From a virus, in IMG/VR virus record IMGVR_UViG_3300025151_000017, positions 1 through 64,000 of that record: DNA of 64,000 nt; one strand, 5' to 3'. Within the stretch, counting starts at the first letter, position 1. Each line of letters opens with the position of its first letter. The notes beneath the pieces are model-generated. The model did no database searches. It saw only the letters and a list, made by a program, of their open reading frames with translations, and was not told the DNA's origin. The translations under genes and the position numbers were made by a program. Below are positions 9,301-18,947 of this stretch, piece after piece.

Positions 9301-11817
9301 GTGTATGGTATTGCTTCAGTTCCAACTGCTAAAACCTTTACTCTATCTTCAGAGTTCCAGATTCCTAATAGGGTAATCACTTTTAATGCTGCAACTAAAG
9401 TAAACAGTGGTACAGATAAAATTACACTAGGAACACAATCACCATTCGTTCCGCATAACTTATATCCTGGAGAACAGGTCACTTATGACAATGGTGGTAA
9501 TGCTGATATCGGAGTATTTACTGATGTATCTCAGCTTTATGTTGTTGCTAATAACTCTATCGATATTCAGTTGGCATCTTCTTATGCTTCTGCTATTGCA
9601 GGAACTGCCCTTAACTTAACAGCAACGACTGGTACTCATACACTTACTACTAGTTCGCTTGTTAAGATGACTAAAGCAGATGGTGATGCGTCATTTGATA
9701 ATGGTGGTAATATGGTCACAGGTGTAAATACTACATTCTTAAAAGACTATAAGAAATTTGATAGCATCTATATTGTAGTAAACGATTTAATCAGAGCATT
9801 TACTGTTGATGCAGTTATGACTGATACAAAACTAAAAATTCAAGAGACATTCCCAGGAGCAGGAAGTAATGTTGATTACTTTAAAATTACTCAGCTATCA
9901 CTACGACCTGATGGATTCGCACTACACAAATCATTTGATGGTGGTGTAGATATTACTGCAGGAACTTCTCCTAACAGTAAGATTGTAAGACAGTCTCGTA
10001 AATACTTTAGATACCAGTCTGGTAAAGGTATTCAAAACTCATTCGCTATTAACTTCTCACCTGCGAAAGTTTTATCTTCATTAACTTATGCTTCATCAGG
10101 TAATACTGTGACAGCTATAACACAGGAGCCACATAACTTAGTGGTTGGAGATAGGATTACTGTAGAAGGTGCAGAGGTCACATTAGGAGAGAACTTATAT
10201 GTTGGTACATATCAAGTAGCGACTGTTCCTAACGCAACGACCTTTACTTATACTGCAACTGGTACTATTACTCAAACTAAAGCTGCAGGATTCCCAGAGT
10301 ATTATAGAGAATCTTGGAACGACTCATTCGTTAGAGCTGGTATGTTTGATGACCAGAATGGTTTCTTCTATGAGTACGATGGTCAGAAACTATATTGTGT
10401 AAGAAGATCTTCTACTCTACAGATTTCAGGTAAAGTAAACACTACTGCTAACTCTCAGGTTGTGACAGGTACGACTACTTCGTTCACTACTCAGTTGGCT
10501 GCTGGTGATAAGTGTTCAATTAGGGGACAATCATATCAGGTTGTTGCTGTGGACTCTGACCAAAGACTAATTATTCAACCTCCATATAAAGGAGTATCTG
10601 CTACGAATGTTAAGATTACTAAAACAGTAGATGTTAAAGTAGCACAAGAAGATTGGAATGTAGACCCATGTGATGGTTTGGGTGATACAGGATTTAATTT
10701 GAATGTACATAAAATTCAAATGGGTTATGTAGATTATTCTTGGTATGGTGCAGGTAAAATTAGATTCGGTTTCAAAGATAGAAATGGACATGTACACTAT
10801 AACCACGAATTTATACATAACAACAGATTAAATGAATCATACTTCCGTTCAGGAAACTTGCCAGGAAGATACGAGATTGAAAATGGAGATGCTCCATCAT
10901 CAGCTCCTACCCTCTTCCACTTCGGTACATCCATTATTATGGATGGTACATTTGACGATGATAAGGCATACTTGTTCTCGGCTAATAGTAAACCGATGGT
11001 ATTTAAAGCAGGTAGTACAACTACATTTACTTCTGACGCAGTATCAACTTTCGATCTAGTGACACTAGATAACAAGAGGGTATATGTTTATGCACTACCT
11101 TGTTCAGAAGCAGAAGCACAGACAGTGACTGTGGGTCAGTTGATTAAAGATGGTGAAGGAAGAATACCTTCTGATGCTCTAGCATATGTCACTCAGGTGA
11201 TTGTAGATGGAGCAAACTCAAAAGTATTTACTTCTTATCCTGCTACTTCTAATCCACCTGAAGTTGCTACTTATCCGAATGTCACTTCAGGAACTACAAT
11301 AACAGTTGGTGAGAATGCTTATGGTGGTGGAGCAGTTGATATGACTAGACCACACCCACTAATCTCTATTAGATTGGCACCATCAGTTGACTCAGGATTA
11401 ACAGGAGCAATCGGTGAGAAAGAAATTATTAACCGAATGATTCTATCATTAAATAACGCAGGTGTGACAACTAACAAAGACTTGACAGCATTCTTTATCT
11501 TGAATGGATTGCCTTCTAAGTTAGATTACACGAATGTTCAAAACCCTGCTCTATCTCAACTTATATCTCACGATACAGGTGATACGATACAACAAGGTAC
11601 AGTAATCTTCTCGCAAGCAGTATCGCAAGGTTCATTGAACATTGACTTGACATCTTTGATTGATATGGGTAATAGTATTCTGGGTGGTGACTCAGTATTC
11701 CCAGCAGGTCCAGACTTGATGACACTAGCAGTACAACCGAAAGATACTTCGGATATTACTGCTTCGTCACCATTTATTGTATCTGGTAAGTTATCATGGA
11801 AAGAGTCGCAAACATAA
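6322..11817 (+). CDS. Very large virion structural protein (1831 aa)
   Basis: MAKKLI start, DPVNKLRVSNPENLIDTDFEYGLQSSKWE and RQSRKYFRYQSGKG motifs, W.E end; family seen in marine T4-like phages. Confidence 0.7.
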   Translation: MAKKLIATGYTINAAQNQITVPGIIQPVRLLLITDINNNKILYNFADPATGLSNFAYNYTADTTTFTTQLDLSAAGVQNSHGLQIFYETDFPRTGFEEAMLDPVNKLRVSNPENLIDTDFEYGLQSSKWETLQTVLNIPTIFSQSGDVPLEQLASITTTANSKQVRVTTTANSGLSLGDPILVQGTTLNAADGFFLVSGLTNQLEFFYEMDNAAESNATISGSYTSVIPAKFFEGSNLNIDLTSTAIETDGANPSTMTVTTAETHGLKAGTRVYLRQTVGPKNLRIADPTANGGIAPDGAPWVDTRATITTTTTVDATTAIGGGGAQEFPVVTWDWEGTYNLYLQSSMINTSTDRITWTSHGFADNAALLFQTQIRGQTNGGLVDGTVYYVNVVDANTIELYSDYGTLGSRMNLTSFDFTRGHPRLTLVYKIEGNNGTQRFTAFYKRNLRTGINFSNAQPTQNTTNTQSFQFSITSSGYTPIKATLTRIYYNGNLNDSDETVAVSIQARNYLGLGSNNYTVTVGGVGASTGNLYPNADVTRCIFQQGSNFYLTTSYTPTSSVIETDKAGTVTTSYQLTFYATTEELPTSMNTAHSGSDLAAGNNNFGLGGSQGSKLFAFTGRTSGGSAGTSADNYANNNDPARFGTGILRQTGGATASSVSGIITVNQNDANAEDYVGNSTHVYYGFANELTSYRNTIYAQSHNFIDGNTAVITVNSYSTTNRFEFVDSSGNNVPITSSQFNATITVISADYFRLQISQSPNTDDISAFPESFSVATATPNATYNSVYISNHKLTGGNLSTYSTTGTVIGGLTGGSNYTLQYLNDSRLIIKDPNISGGSGSATTAAFGSTSNNASQSFTVDLETPLGLTPSTATITQVQYRGDFRNNSEYVDLTFSDNDTYRIGSTGGQDTNQFLIDSSFGSKNVSNLLTGSPKGIQVTVSPSSQVNFAVSGMSNWWELRFAVTAASGDVILTSAGTGEQLFELAANEGAYDGVYGIASVPTAKTFTLSSEFQIPNRVITFNAATKVNSGTDKITLGTQSPFVPHNLYPGEQVTYDNGGNADIGVFTDVSQLYVVANNSIDIQLASSYASAIAGTALNLTATTGTHTLTTSSLVKMTKADGDASFDNGGNMVTGVNTTFLKDYKKFDSIYIVVNDLIRAFTVDAVMTDTKLKIQETFPGAGSNVDYFKITQLSLRPDGFALHKSFDGGVDITAGTSPNSKIVRQSRKYFRYQSGKGIQNSFAINFSPAKVLSSLTYASSGNTVTAITQEPHNLVVGDRITVEGAEVTLGENLYVGTYQVATVPNATTFTYTATGTITQTKAAGFPEYYRESWNDSFVRAGMFDDQNGFFYEYDGQKLYCVRRSSTLQISGKVNTTANSQVVTGTTTSFTTQLAAGDKCSIRGQSYQVVAVDSDQRLIIQPPYKGVSATNVKITKTVDVKVAQEDWNVDPCDGLGDTGFNLNVHKIQMGYVDYSWYGAGKIRFGFKDRNGHVHYNHEFIHNNRLNESYFRSGNLPGRYEIENGDAPSSAPTLFHFGTSIIMDGTFDDDKAYLFSANSKPMVFKAGSTTTFTSDAVSTFDLVTLDNKRVYVYALPCSEAEAQTVTVGQLIKDGEGRIPSDALAYVTQVIVDGANSKVFTSYPATSNPPEVATYPNVTSGTTITVGENAYGGGAVDMTRPHPLISIRLAPSVDSGLTGAIGEKEIINRMILSLNNAGVTTNKDLTAFFILNGLPSKLDYTNVQNPALSQLISHDTGDTIQQGTVIFSQAVSQGSLNIDLTSLIDMGNSILGGDSVFPAGPDLMTLAVQPKDTSDITASSPFIVSGKLSWKESQT

Positions 11818-11829
11818 GAGGACTCTAAT

Positions 11830-12441
11830 ATGGCATATCTCGGCAGAGAAATATCTTTCGGAAGTTTTGAGAAACAAACCTTCGCTACTAATGGAGCGGA
11901 CACTGCTTTTAATCTAAACTTTCCAGCACCTAGAGAAGAAGCACTTCTTGTAGTTAAAGATGGTGTAGTACAGAAACCTGGAACTGCATATACTTTATCT
12001 AATGGTGGTACGACAATTAATATTGCAGGTGGAGCATTAGCAAACTCTGTAGATTTATATTGTGTATTTCTAGGGAAAGAACTTACTATTCAAAATGTTG
12101 GCGATAATAGTGTCACTCATAACAAACTTTCCACACCTATCAGGCAGTCAGTAAAAACTGATACATCTGTAATTAGTAGTGCTACCAACCTTGTAGCGAC
12201 TAGACATTACTTTGTGGACACTACTAATGCACCTGTAACTGTCACTTTTCCAACCTCTCCATCTCTTGGAGATACTATTTATGTTTCCGATGCTTATGGC
12301 ACTTGGGATACAAATAGCTGTACAGTAAATCCCAATGGCGAAAAAATAAATGGTTCTACTGGAAACTCTACATTATCATCAGAGTACGACTCAAAAGAAT
12401 ACATTTATATTGGTGGAACTGCTGGCTGGCGAACAGTATAA
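11830..12441 (+). CDS. Virion structural protein
   Basis: MAYLG start, DGVVQKPGTAYTL and YFVDTT...TVTFPTSPSLGD motifs of T4-like baseplate/fibre proteins. Confidence 0.6.
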   Translation: MAYLGREISFGSFEKQTFATNGADTAFNLNFPAPREEALLVVKDGVVQKPGTAYTLSNGGTTINIAGGALANSVDLYCVFLGKELTIQNVGDNSVTHNKLSTPIRQSVKTDTSVISSATNLVATRHYFVDTTNAPVTVTFPTSPSLGDTIYVSDAYGTWDTNSCTVNPNGEKINGSTGNSTLSSEYDSKEYIYIGGTAGWRTV

Positions 12442-12472
12442 TTAACTAAATAGTAGTCATAAGGAGAACTTA

Positions 12473-12808
12473 ATGGCTGCAATCACAGATATATTCGTTG
12501 ACCAAGGAACAGATTTTACTCTACAATTAAATGTTGTAGACACAGCAGGCACAGCGAAAAATCTAACAGGTGCAACCATTACAGCTCAAGCTAGAAAAGA
12601 TTTTACTAGTGCCAACCCAACTGCAACATTTACTACTGCTGTGACAAACGCAATCGGTGGTGTATGTACTATTAGTTTATCTGCAGCACAAACTGCTGCG
12701 ATTAAAGCAGGAAGATATGTTTACGATGTAAATGTATTTGACTCTGCTAATACTACTATAAGAGCAGTTGAAGGATTAATGACAATCAGACCAGAGGTGA
12801 CAAGATAA
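12473..12808 (+). CDS. Conserved phage structural protein (DQGTDF...GRYVYDV...EG...PEVTR)
   Basis: Late promoter at 12446 and AAGGAG RBS. Confidence 0.65.
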   Translation: MAAITDIFVDQGTDFTLQLNVVDTAGTAKNLTGATITAQARKDFTSANPTATFTTAVTNAIGGVCTISLSAAQTAAIKAGRYVYDVNVFDSANTTIRAVEGLMTIRPEVTR

Positions 12809-13110
12809 TGCCTGATGTAAAAGGTAGCATAGAACAACAAGAGGGTATAAATCCTACAGTACCAAGTACTGGTACACAAACAACTACGACTGTCACATCA
12901 GCTACAACACAGGGTACAGCTACTGTATCAACTGTTGGTGTTCAAGGTGAGAGTGGTACTGCTGTAAATCTAGAGCAAGGTCAGAATGTAGATGTACTTA
13001 CTGATGGCTTAGAGAATGGATCTATTCTAGTATATAAAACAGCGACCTCTAAATGGCAGGTCACAAAATTAATGAACGAGGGACAACAACTCGATTCAGG
13101 AGAATTTTAA
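12808..13110 (+). CDS. Hypothetical virion protein
   Basis: Coupled ORF; GSILVY...W and DSGEF C-terminus typical of fibre adaptors. Confidence 0.55.
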   Translation: MPDVKGSIEQQEGINPTVPSTGTQTTTTVTSATTQGTATVSTVGVQGESGTAVNLEQGQNVDVLTDGLENGSILVYKTATSKWQVTKLMNEGQQLDSGEF

Positions 13111-13122
13111 TAGGAGACAAAG

Positions 13123-14958
13123 ATGGCAGCAATTGTTAGAATAAAAAGATCGTCGACTTCGGGAAACCCCACGACTCTTGCAGCAGGGGAACTCGCATAC
13201 TCAGGTCTTACCGATAACGGATCCAATGGTGGTGATAGACTATATGTTGGTTTCGGTACGGAAACTGCAGGAAATGCAGCAAACCACTTCGTAATAGGTG
13301 GTAAATACTTTACAGACATAATAGATGGAGCAACTAATGCTAACACAGCAAGTAAGTTAGTAAAAAGAGATGGCTCTGGTAATTTTTCCGCAGGTACTAT
13401 TACTGCGAACTTAACAGGTAATGCATCTACAGCAAGTACTGCTGCAGCTTGGACTACTGGAAGAACTATTACTATCGATGGTGATGTAGATGGTTCTGCT
13501 ACAGGTGTTGATGGTTCAGGTGATGTCACTATTACTACTGCCCTAGATGCTACAGGAGTCTCCGCAGGATCTTATGGTAGTTCTACTGCTATACCAAATA
13601 TCACTGTTGATGCTAAAGGTCGTATTACTGCTGCCAGTACTTCCTCTATCACAACTTCATTCACACTTACTGACGGATCTAACTCAGAAACTATTGCAGG
13701 TGGTAATACTTTAACTGTCACAGCAGGAGAAGGTATTGATGCAGTAGTTGGCTCAACTGATACTCTAACTATTTCAGCAGAAGATGCTACCTCGTCTAAC
13801 AAAGGTATTGCTTCTTTCGGTGGCGACTTTAGTGTATCAAGTGGTGCAGTATCATTAGCCAATAATTCTATTACTATTGGATCTGATGCAGTTGCACTAG
13901 GTGCTACTAGAACTGATATAAATGGATTAACAAGTTTAGATGTTGATAATTTAACATTAGATGCTAATGCTATTACTTCAACAGACTCAAATGGAAATAT
14001 AGAACTTTCCCCTAATGGTACAGGTACTGTTGTTGTACCAGCTTCATACGAAGCTAGAGCAGGATTCTCAAGTCAATCATTAGTAAATAAAGCATATGTA
14101 GATTCTGTCACTTCAGGTCTTTCAGTTAAGACTCCTGTTAAAGTTGCTACTACTGGAAACCTTAACGCAACTTATAACAATGGTGCAGGCACACTAACAG
14201 CAAACTCTAACTTTGCATTATCAGTTGATGGTGTCACAGTATCAGTAAATGACAGGATACTAGTTAAAGACCAGAGTACTGCTGCTCAGAATGGTTTCTA
14301 TAAAGTCACAGCTACTGGTTCAGGATCTGCTGCATTCGTTTTAACTAGAACTCCTGATGCAGATGCTGCATCAGAATTAGTTGCTGGTGCATTTGCTTTC
14401 GTTGAAGAAGGTACTGCTAACGCAGACAATGGTTATGTACTATCAACAGATGGAGCTGTCACACTAGGTACGACTGCTATTAACTTTGAACAGTTCTCAG
14501 GAGCAGGTCAAATTAGTGCTGGTGATGGTTTAAGTAAAACAGGAAACGCATTATCTTTAAATGTAGATGATAGTTCAATAGAAATAAATGCCGACACTGC
14601 TAGAGTAAAAGCATTAGGTGTTACGAATGCGATGTTAGCAGGAAGTATCGCTAATTCTAAATTATCAAACTCAAGTGTCACAATTAATAGTAATTCGCTC
14701 GCATTAGGTGCTTCTTTAACTCTAGACTCAGACGACATAGGTGAAGGATCTTCTAATCTATATTACACTAACGCAAGATCTCGTGCTGCATTAAGTGTCA
14801 CTGGTAGCACAGGACTATCTTATAATGATAGTACAGGTGTCCTAGCAGGACTAGATGCTACCACATCAGTAAAAGGTGTTGCATCTTTCGCTTCAGCAAA
14901 CTTTACAGTCACAAGTGGAGCAGTAGCAATAACAGGTGTAGATGGCGGAACTTACTAA
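13123..14958 (+). CDS. Tail fibre protein
   Basis: IRIKRS...LAAGELAY N-terminus, NKAYVD, DRILVKDQ...QNG.Y and DGGTY end. Confidence 0.7.
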   Translation: MAAIVRIKRSSTSGNPTTLAAGELAYSGLTDNGSNGGDRLYVGFGTETAGNAANHFVIGGKYFTDIIDGATNANTASKLVKRDGSGNFSAGTITANLTGNASTASTAAAWTTGRTITIDGDVDGSATGVDGSGDVTITTALDATGVSAGSYGSSTAIPNITVDAKGRITAASTSSITTSFTLTDGSNSETIAGGNTLTVTAGEGIDAVVGSTDTLTISAEDATSSNKGIASFGGDFSVSSGAVSLANNSITIGSDAVALGATRTDINGLTSLDVDNLTLDANAITSTDSNGNIELSPNGTGTVVVPASYEARAGFSSQSLVNKAYVDSVTSGLSVKTPVKVATTGNLNATYNNGAGTLTANSNFALSVDGVTVSVNDRILVKDQSTAAQNGFYKVTATGSGSAAFVLTRTPDADAASELVAGAFAFVEEGTANADNGYVLSTDGAVTLGTTAINFEQFSGAGQISAGDGLSKTGNALSLNVDDSSIEINADTARVKALGVTNAMLAGSIANSKLSNSSVTINSNSLALGASLTLDSDDIGEGSSNLYYTNARSRAALSVTGSTGLSYNDSTGVLAGLDATTSVKGVASFASANFTVTSGAVAITGVDGGTY

Positions 14959-15006
14959 AAGTTATAAGAAATAATTTTTTTATAACTAACTTAATAGGAA
15001 TGGTTC

Positions 15007-17025
15007 ATGTCAACTGTAATAAAAGTAAAAAGATCTGAAACTGCTTCAAGTGTTCCAACCACTTCCGACTTAGCTGTCGGTGAAATTGCAGTAAATACTG
15101 CAGACAAAAAAATTTATGTTCGTGCTTCAGGTGGTGTAGTTGAAGTAGCGAATGTTGTAGCAGGTGGTGGCTCAGGAGATATTACTGAAGTTCTTACTGC
15201 TACTGGCTCAGGTTTAACAGGTGGCTCAACTGCTGGCTCAGCAAACCTAGCAATCAATGTAGACGATTCCTCTCTACAAGTTTCAGGAAATACATTACAA
15301 GTAAAAGCAAGTGGTGTCACGAATGCCATGCTTGCTAATTCAGGTGTGACTTTAAACTCACAATCATTATCCTTAGGTGGTACTCTAACATTAGATACAG
15401 ATAATATTGGCGAAGGATCTACTAATCTTTACTACACTAACGAAAGAGTTGATGATAGAATATCAGCTCTAGTTCAAAATGGTACAGGTCTTACTTGGAC
15501 ATATGACGACAACGCAAACTCATTTACTCCAGCAGTTTCTTTATCTTCTTTTGATACAGATAATTTATCTGAAGGATCTACTAATTTATACTACACTGAC
15601 ACAAGAGCAAATGCTGCAATAGATGCAAGAGTCACTAAAACTTTTGTTGATAATCTAAATGTAGTTGCTGCAAGTGCAGGCACTGCTACTACTGCTACAG
15701 CTTTGGCTAGTGCTCAAAATTTTAGTCTTACTGGAGATGTCACTGCTTCCGCAGTTTCATTTGATGGCTCAGGTGCAGTTCAGCTTACTACTGATATTTC
15801 TGCTAACTCTGTTGGTCCTACTGAATTAAATGTTACAGATGCTGCAGGTGCATTACAATCTGATGGAGCAGGAAACTTATCATTCGGTTCAGTTAGTGCT
15901 TCTTTCGGAGCAATAGCAGAACATGTATTACCAGCAGCTGATGATACTTACGATCTAGGATCCTCTACTAAAAAATGGAGAAACTTATATGTTGGTGGGA
16001 ATACTATATTCCTAGACGATGCTAAAATTATGAAAGACCAAACAACTGGTCAGATTCAAATGAATTCAGGAGTGACTAACTCTATCGCATCTATTACTGT
16101 GACTGATGGTGGTGCTGGGTATTTAAATGCACCAACTATTACTTTCCCACTTCCTAATAACTCAGGTGTAGATACTGCAGTTATGTCCGATCCAGGTGGT
16201 GGTTATACCTCTGCTCCTACTGTCACTATCGATGCACCATCTACTACTCCTGCAAGACAAGCTACTGCAACTGCTACTATTGTTGACGATGGTCAGAATA
16301 GTAATACATTTGCAGTTAGTGGTATTACTATTACTGACTCTGGCTCAGGTTATCCGACTGCACCTAATATCACTCTATCAGCTCCACCTTCTGGTGGAGT
16401 TCAAGCCACAGCAACTACGACAGTTTCTGCAAGAAGTAATGGTGGTCGACCAGCTGCAGCATACTCTACTATAAATGCTAACACTGGAGAAGTGACAGCT
16501 GTCACAATGACTGCTGGTGGTTCAGGATATTCAACTGTACCTACTCTTACAATAGGAAGTCCAAATGTAGATACGACTTTTAATAGTACAGTGTATAATG
16601 ATGGAAGCAATAATTATTATACATTCTTAGGTGGTGTAAACGAAACTTTAAAATTAATACAAGGTCAAACATATACTTTTGATTTATCATCAAGTACACA
16701 CTCAGGACATTTATTTGCACTTAGTGCTACTCAAGATGGTACACATGGTGGGGGAACTAAACTTACTTCAGGTGTGACATATAGTGGTACGCAAGGAACA
16801 TCAGGTGCTACGATGGTTCTAGTTGTAGATGCAAATACACCTAGCACATTATATCCTTACTGCGAAACACATTCAGGTATGGGTGGTAGTGCGACATTCA
16901 CTAAATTAGCAACAGGAACAACAGCAACTTTAACTCCTGTTCTTGCTTCTTATGACGACACTTTAAACCAGACTTTTGCTATGCAACCCTTTACCATGGC
17001 AATGTCAGTCGCATTAGGAGGATAA
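15007..17025 (+). CDS. Tail fibre protein with cupredoxin-like C-terminal domain
   Basis: IKVKRS...LAVGEIAVNTAD start, EGSTNLYYT repeats, YDLGSSTKKWRNLY, YPYCETHSGM, AMSVALGG end. Confidence 0.7.
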   Translation: MSTVIKVKRSETASSVPTTSDLAVGEIAVNTADKKIYVRASGGVVEVANVVAGGGSGDITEVLTATGSGLTGGSTAGSANLAINVDDSSLQVSGNTLQVKASGVTNAMLANSGVTLNSQSLSLGGTLTLDTDNIGEGSTNLYYTNERVDDRISALVQNGTGLTWTYDDNANSFTPAVSLSSFDTDNLSEGSTNLYYTDTRANAAIDARVTKTFVDNLNVVAASAGTATTATALASAQNFSLTGDVTASAVSFDGSGAVQLTTDISANSVGPTELNVTDAAGALQSDGAGNLSFGSVSASFGAIAEHVLPAADDTYDLGSSTKKWRNLYVGGNTIFLDDAKIMKDQTTGQIQMNSGVTNSIASITVTDGGAGYLNAPTITFPLPNNSGVDTAVMSDPGGGYTSAPTVTIDAPSTTPARQATATATIVDDGQNSNTFAVSGITITDSGSGYPTAPNITLSAPPSGGVQATATTTVSARSNGGRPAAAYSTINANTGEVTAVTMTAGGSGYSTVPTLTIGSPNVDTTFNSTVYNDGSNNYYTFLGGVNETLKLIQGQTYTFDLSSSTHSGHLFALSATQDGTHGGGTKLTSGVTYSGTQGTSGATMVLVVDANTPSTLYPYCETHSGMGGSATFTKLATGTTATLTPVLASYDDTLNQTFAMQPFTMAMSVALGG

Positions 17026-17044
17026 AAAGGAACTAAATAGTATT

Positions 17045-18016
17045 ATGGCAAATCCAGCAACAAGAGAACAATTAAAAGATTACGCATTAAGATCGCTCGG
17101 TGCACCAGTGATTGAAATAAATGTGGCTGAAGAACAGCTAGAAGATCGCTTAGACGAAGCGATTGAGTATTTCAACATTAATCACTGGAATGGTACTGAA
17201 CGAGCATACTTCTCGCATAACATTACTGGTACGACTTTAGCACTAACCTCTGCTGCAGCAGATGCTTTTACAGCAGGAGAAACTTTCGTTGGTGCTACCT
17301 CTGGTGCAAAATCAGTAGTACATAAAACTTCAGCTGGGTCAAACATTATATATCAAAAAGTAAATAACCTAGAGATCGCTCCTGATGGATTTACTGCTGG
17401 AGAAACTATTACTGGAGAAAGTTCTGGAGCAACTGCTGTAATTAATACTATTACAAAAGGTGATACTGAGAATGGGTACATTCCTGTCACTGATGAAATA
17501 TTCGGAGTTCAAAAAGTATTTACAGTGTTCTCTAATACTACCGACTCTAGAAACATATTTGATTTACAATATCAACTAAGATTAAATGACTTGTATGATT
17601 TAACTTCTACAAGTATTGTTTACTATACAACTGTAATGGGTCACTTATCATTGCTTGACCTAATGTTAAATGGTAAAACTTTATATCGTTTCAATAGAAT
17701 GCATAATAAATTGTTTATCGATTTAGACTGGCGAAGTGATGTAAAGATAGGAGATTTTATTTTAGTTGATGTTTATAAAGCATTAAATCCTAACGAATAT
17801 ACAAAAGTATATGGCGAACCATGGATGAAAAAATATACTACTGCCCTGTTCAAGAAACAGTGGGGACTTAATCTTAAAAAGTTTTCGGGACTAGTCTTGC
17901 CTGGAGGTGTATCAATGGATGGTGATGGTATATATAACGAAGCCATGAACGAGATACAACAACTAGAAGACGAACTTATAGGAAAAGGTGCACCACTAGA
18001 GTTCTTTACAGGGTAA
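17045..18016 (+). CDS. gp13: Neck protein gp13
   Basis: LRSLGAPVIEINV...KKQWGLNLKKF...LPGGV; synteny. Confidence 0.9.
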   Translation: MANPATREQLKDYALRSLGAPVIEINVAEEQLEDRLDEAIEYFNINHWNGTERAYFSHNITGTTLALTSAAADAFTAGETFVGATSGAKSVVHKTSAGSNIIYQKVNNLEIAPDGFTAGETITGESSGATAVINTITKGDTENGYIPVTDEIFGVQKVFTVFSNTTDSRNIFDLQYQLRLNDLYDLTSTSIVYYTTVMGHLSLLDLMLNGKTLYRFNRMHNKLFIDLDWRSDVKIGDFILVDVYKALNPNEYTKVYGEPWMKKYTTALFKKQWGLNLKKFSGLVLPGGVSMDGDGIYNEAMNEIQQLEDELIGKGAPLEFFTG

Positions 18017-18020
18017 TTAA

Positions 18021-18947
18021 ATGGCAGGCAGAAATACTTACATATCTCAAGGAGTAGCATCTGAACAGAATTTAATAGAGTCTTTAATTATTGAGTCTCT
18101 AAAAATTTATGGTCAGAATGTTTTTTATATTCCTAGAACGCAGGTAGCCAAAGATGAAATCTTAGGTGAAGATCCCTTATCAAAGTTTGAGCAAGCATTC
18201 CCTATCGAAATGTATTTCGAGAATGTAGATAACTTAGGTGGGCAAGGTCCATTTATTCAAAAGTTTGGATTATTTAATGAGCTAACTGCTACACTAGTTG
18301 TAGCAAGATCTAGGTGGCAAGAATTAGTTGGGCAACATGGTAATACCTTTGTGCCTAACAGACCAAACGAAGGAGACCTGATTTACTTCCCTCTTACTAA
18401 AGGATTGTTTGAAATTAAATTTGTACAACACCAAGATCCTTTTTATCAACTAGGAAAATTATATACATTTAAAATGGAAGTTGAATTGTTTCAATATGCT
18501 TCTGAAAAAATTGATACTGGTGTTCCTGAGATTGATAAGTTTGAAGAACTTAAAACTTTCTCACAAGATCCTACAAGAACAGAGAATATGTTTGTCGATT
18601 CTATAACTGTCACAAATATTGGTAAGGGTTATGCTACTGCTCCTGGGATTACCTTTACAGGTGGTACACCTAGCACTACTGCTGCTGCTACCTGTACTAT
18701 TGACTCAGAGGGTAGAATAAATGCAATAAACATTACCAATGTAGGAAATGGATATAATGCTATTCCTACTATTACTATCGACGCACCACCTGCTGGTGGA
18801 GTTCAAGCTACAGCAACTTGTACTATTAAACTGAATGTAGATAAGCAAGGTGGTTATGCTGACAACTTAGAGATAGCTACAGAAAGACAACCCACTACTA
18901 ACGAAAAAGTTGCTTGGTCAGAAAATAATCCGTTTGGAGAATTCTAA
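18021..18947 (+). CDS. gp14: Neck protein gp14, with an inserted repeat domain
   Basis: EQNLIESLIIESLKIYG, RPNEGDLIYFP, PFYQLGK and ENNPFGEF motifs. Confidence 0.9.
   Translation: MAGRNTYISQGVASEQNLIESLIIESLKIYGQNVFYIPRTQVAKDEILGEDPLSKFEQAFPIEMYFENVDNLGGQGPFIQKFGLFNELTATLVVARSRWQELVGQHGNTFVPNRPNEGDLIYFPLTKGLFEIKFVQHQDPFYQLGKLYTFKMEVELFQYASEKIDTGVPEIDKFEELKTFSQDPTRTENMFVDSITVTNIGKGYATAPGITFTGGTPSTTAAATCTIDSEGRINAINITNVGNGYNAIPTITIDAPPAGGVQATATCTIKLNVDKQGGYADNLEIATERQPTTNEKVAWSENNPFGEF

Noticed and set aside
14959-14992. AT-rich inverted repeat agttataagaaa/ttttttataact between fibre genes
   Set aside because: Weak stem with no U-tract; function cannot be supported
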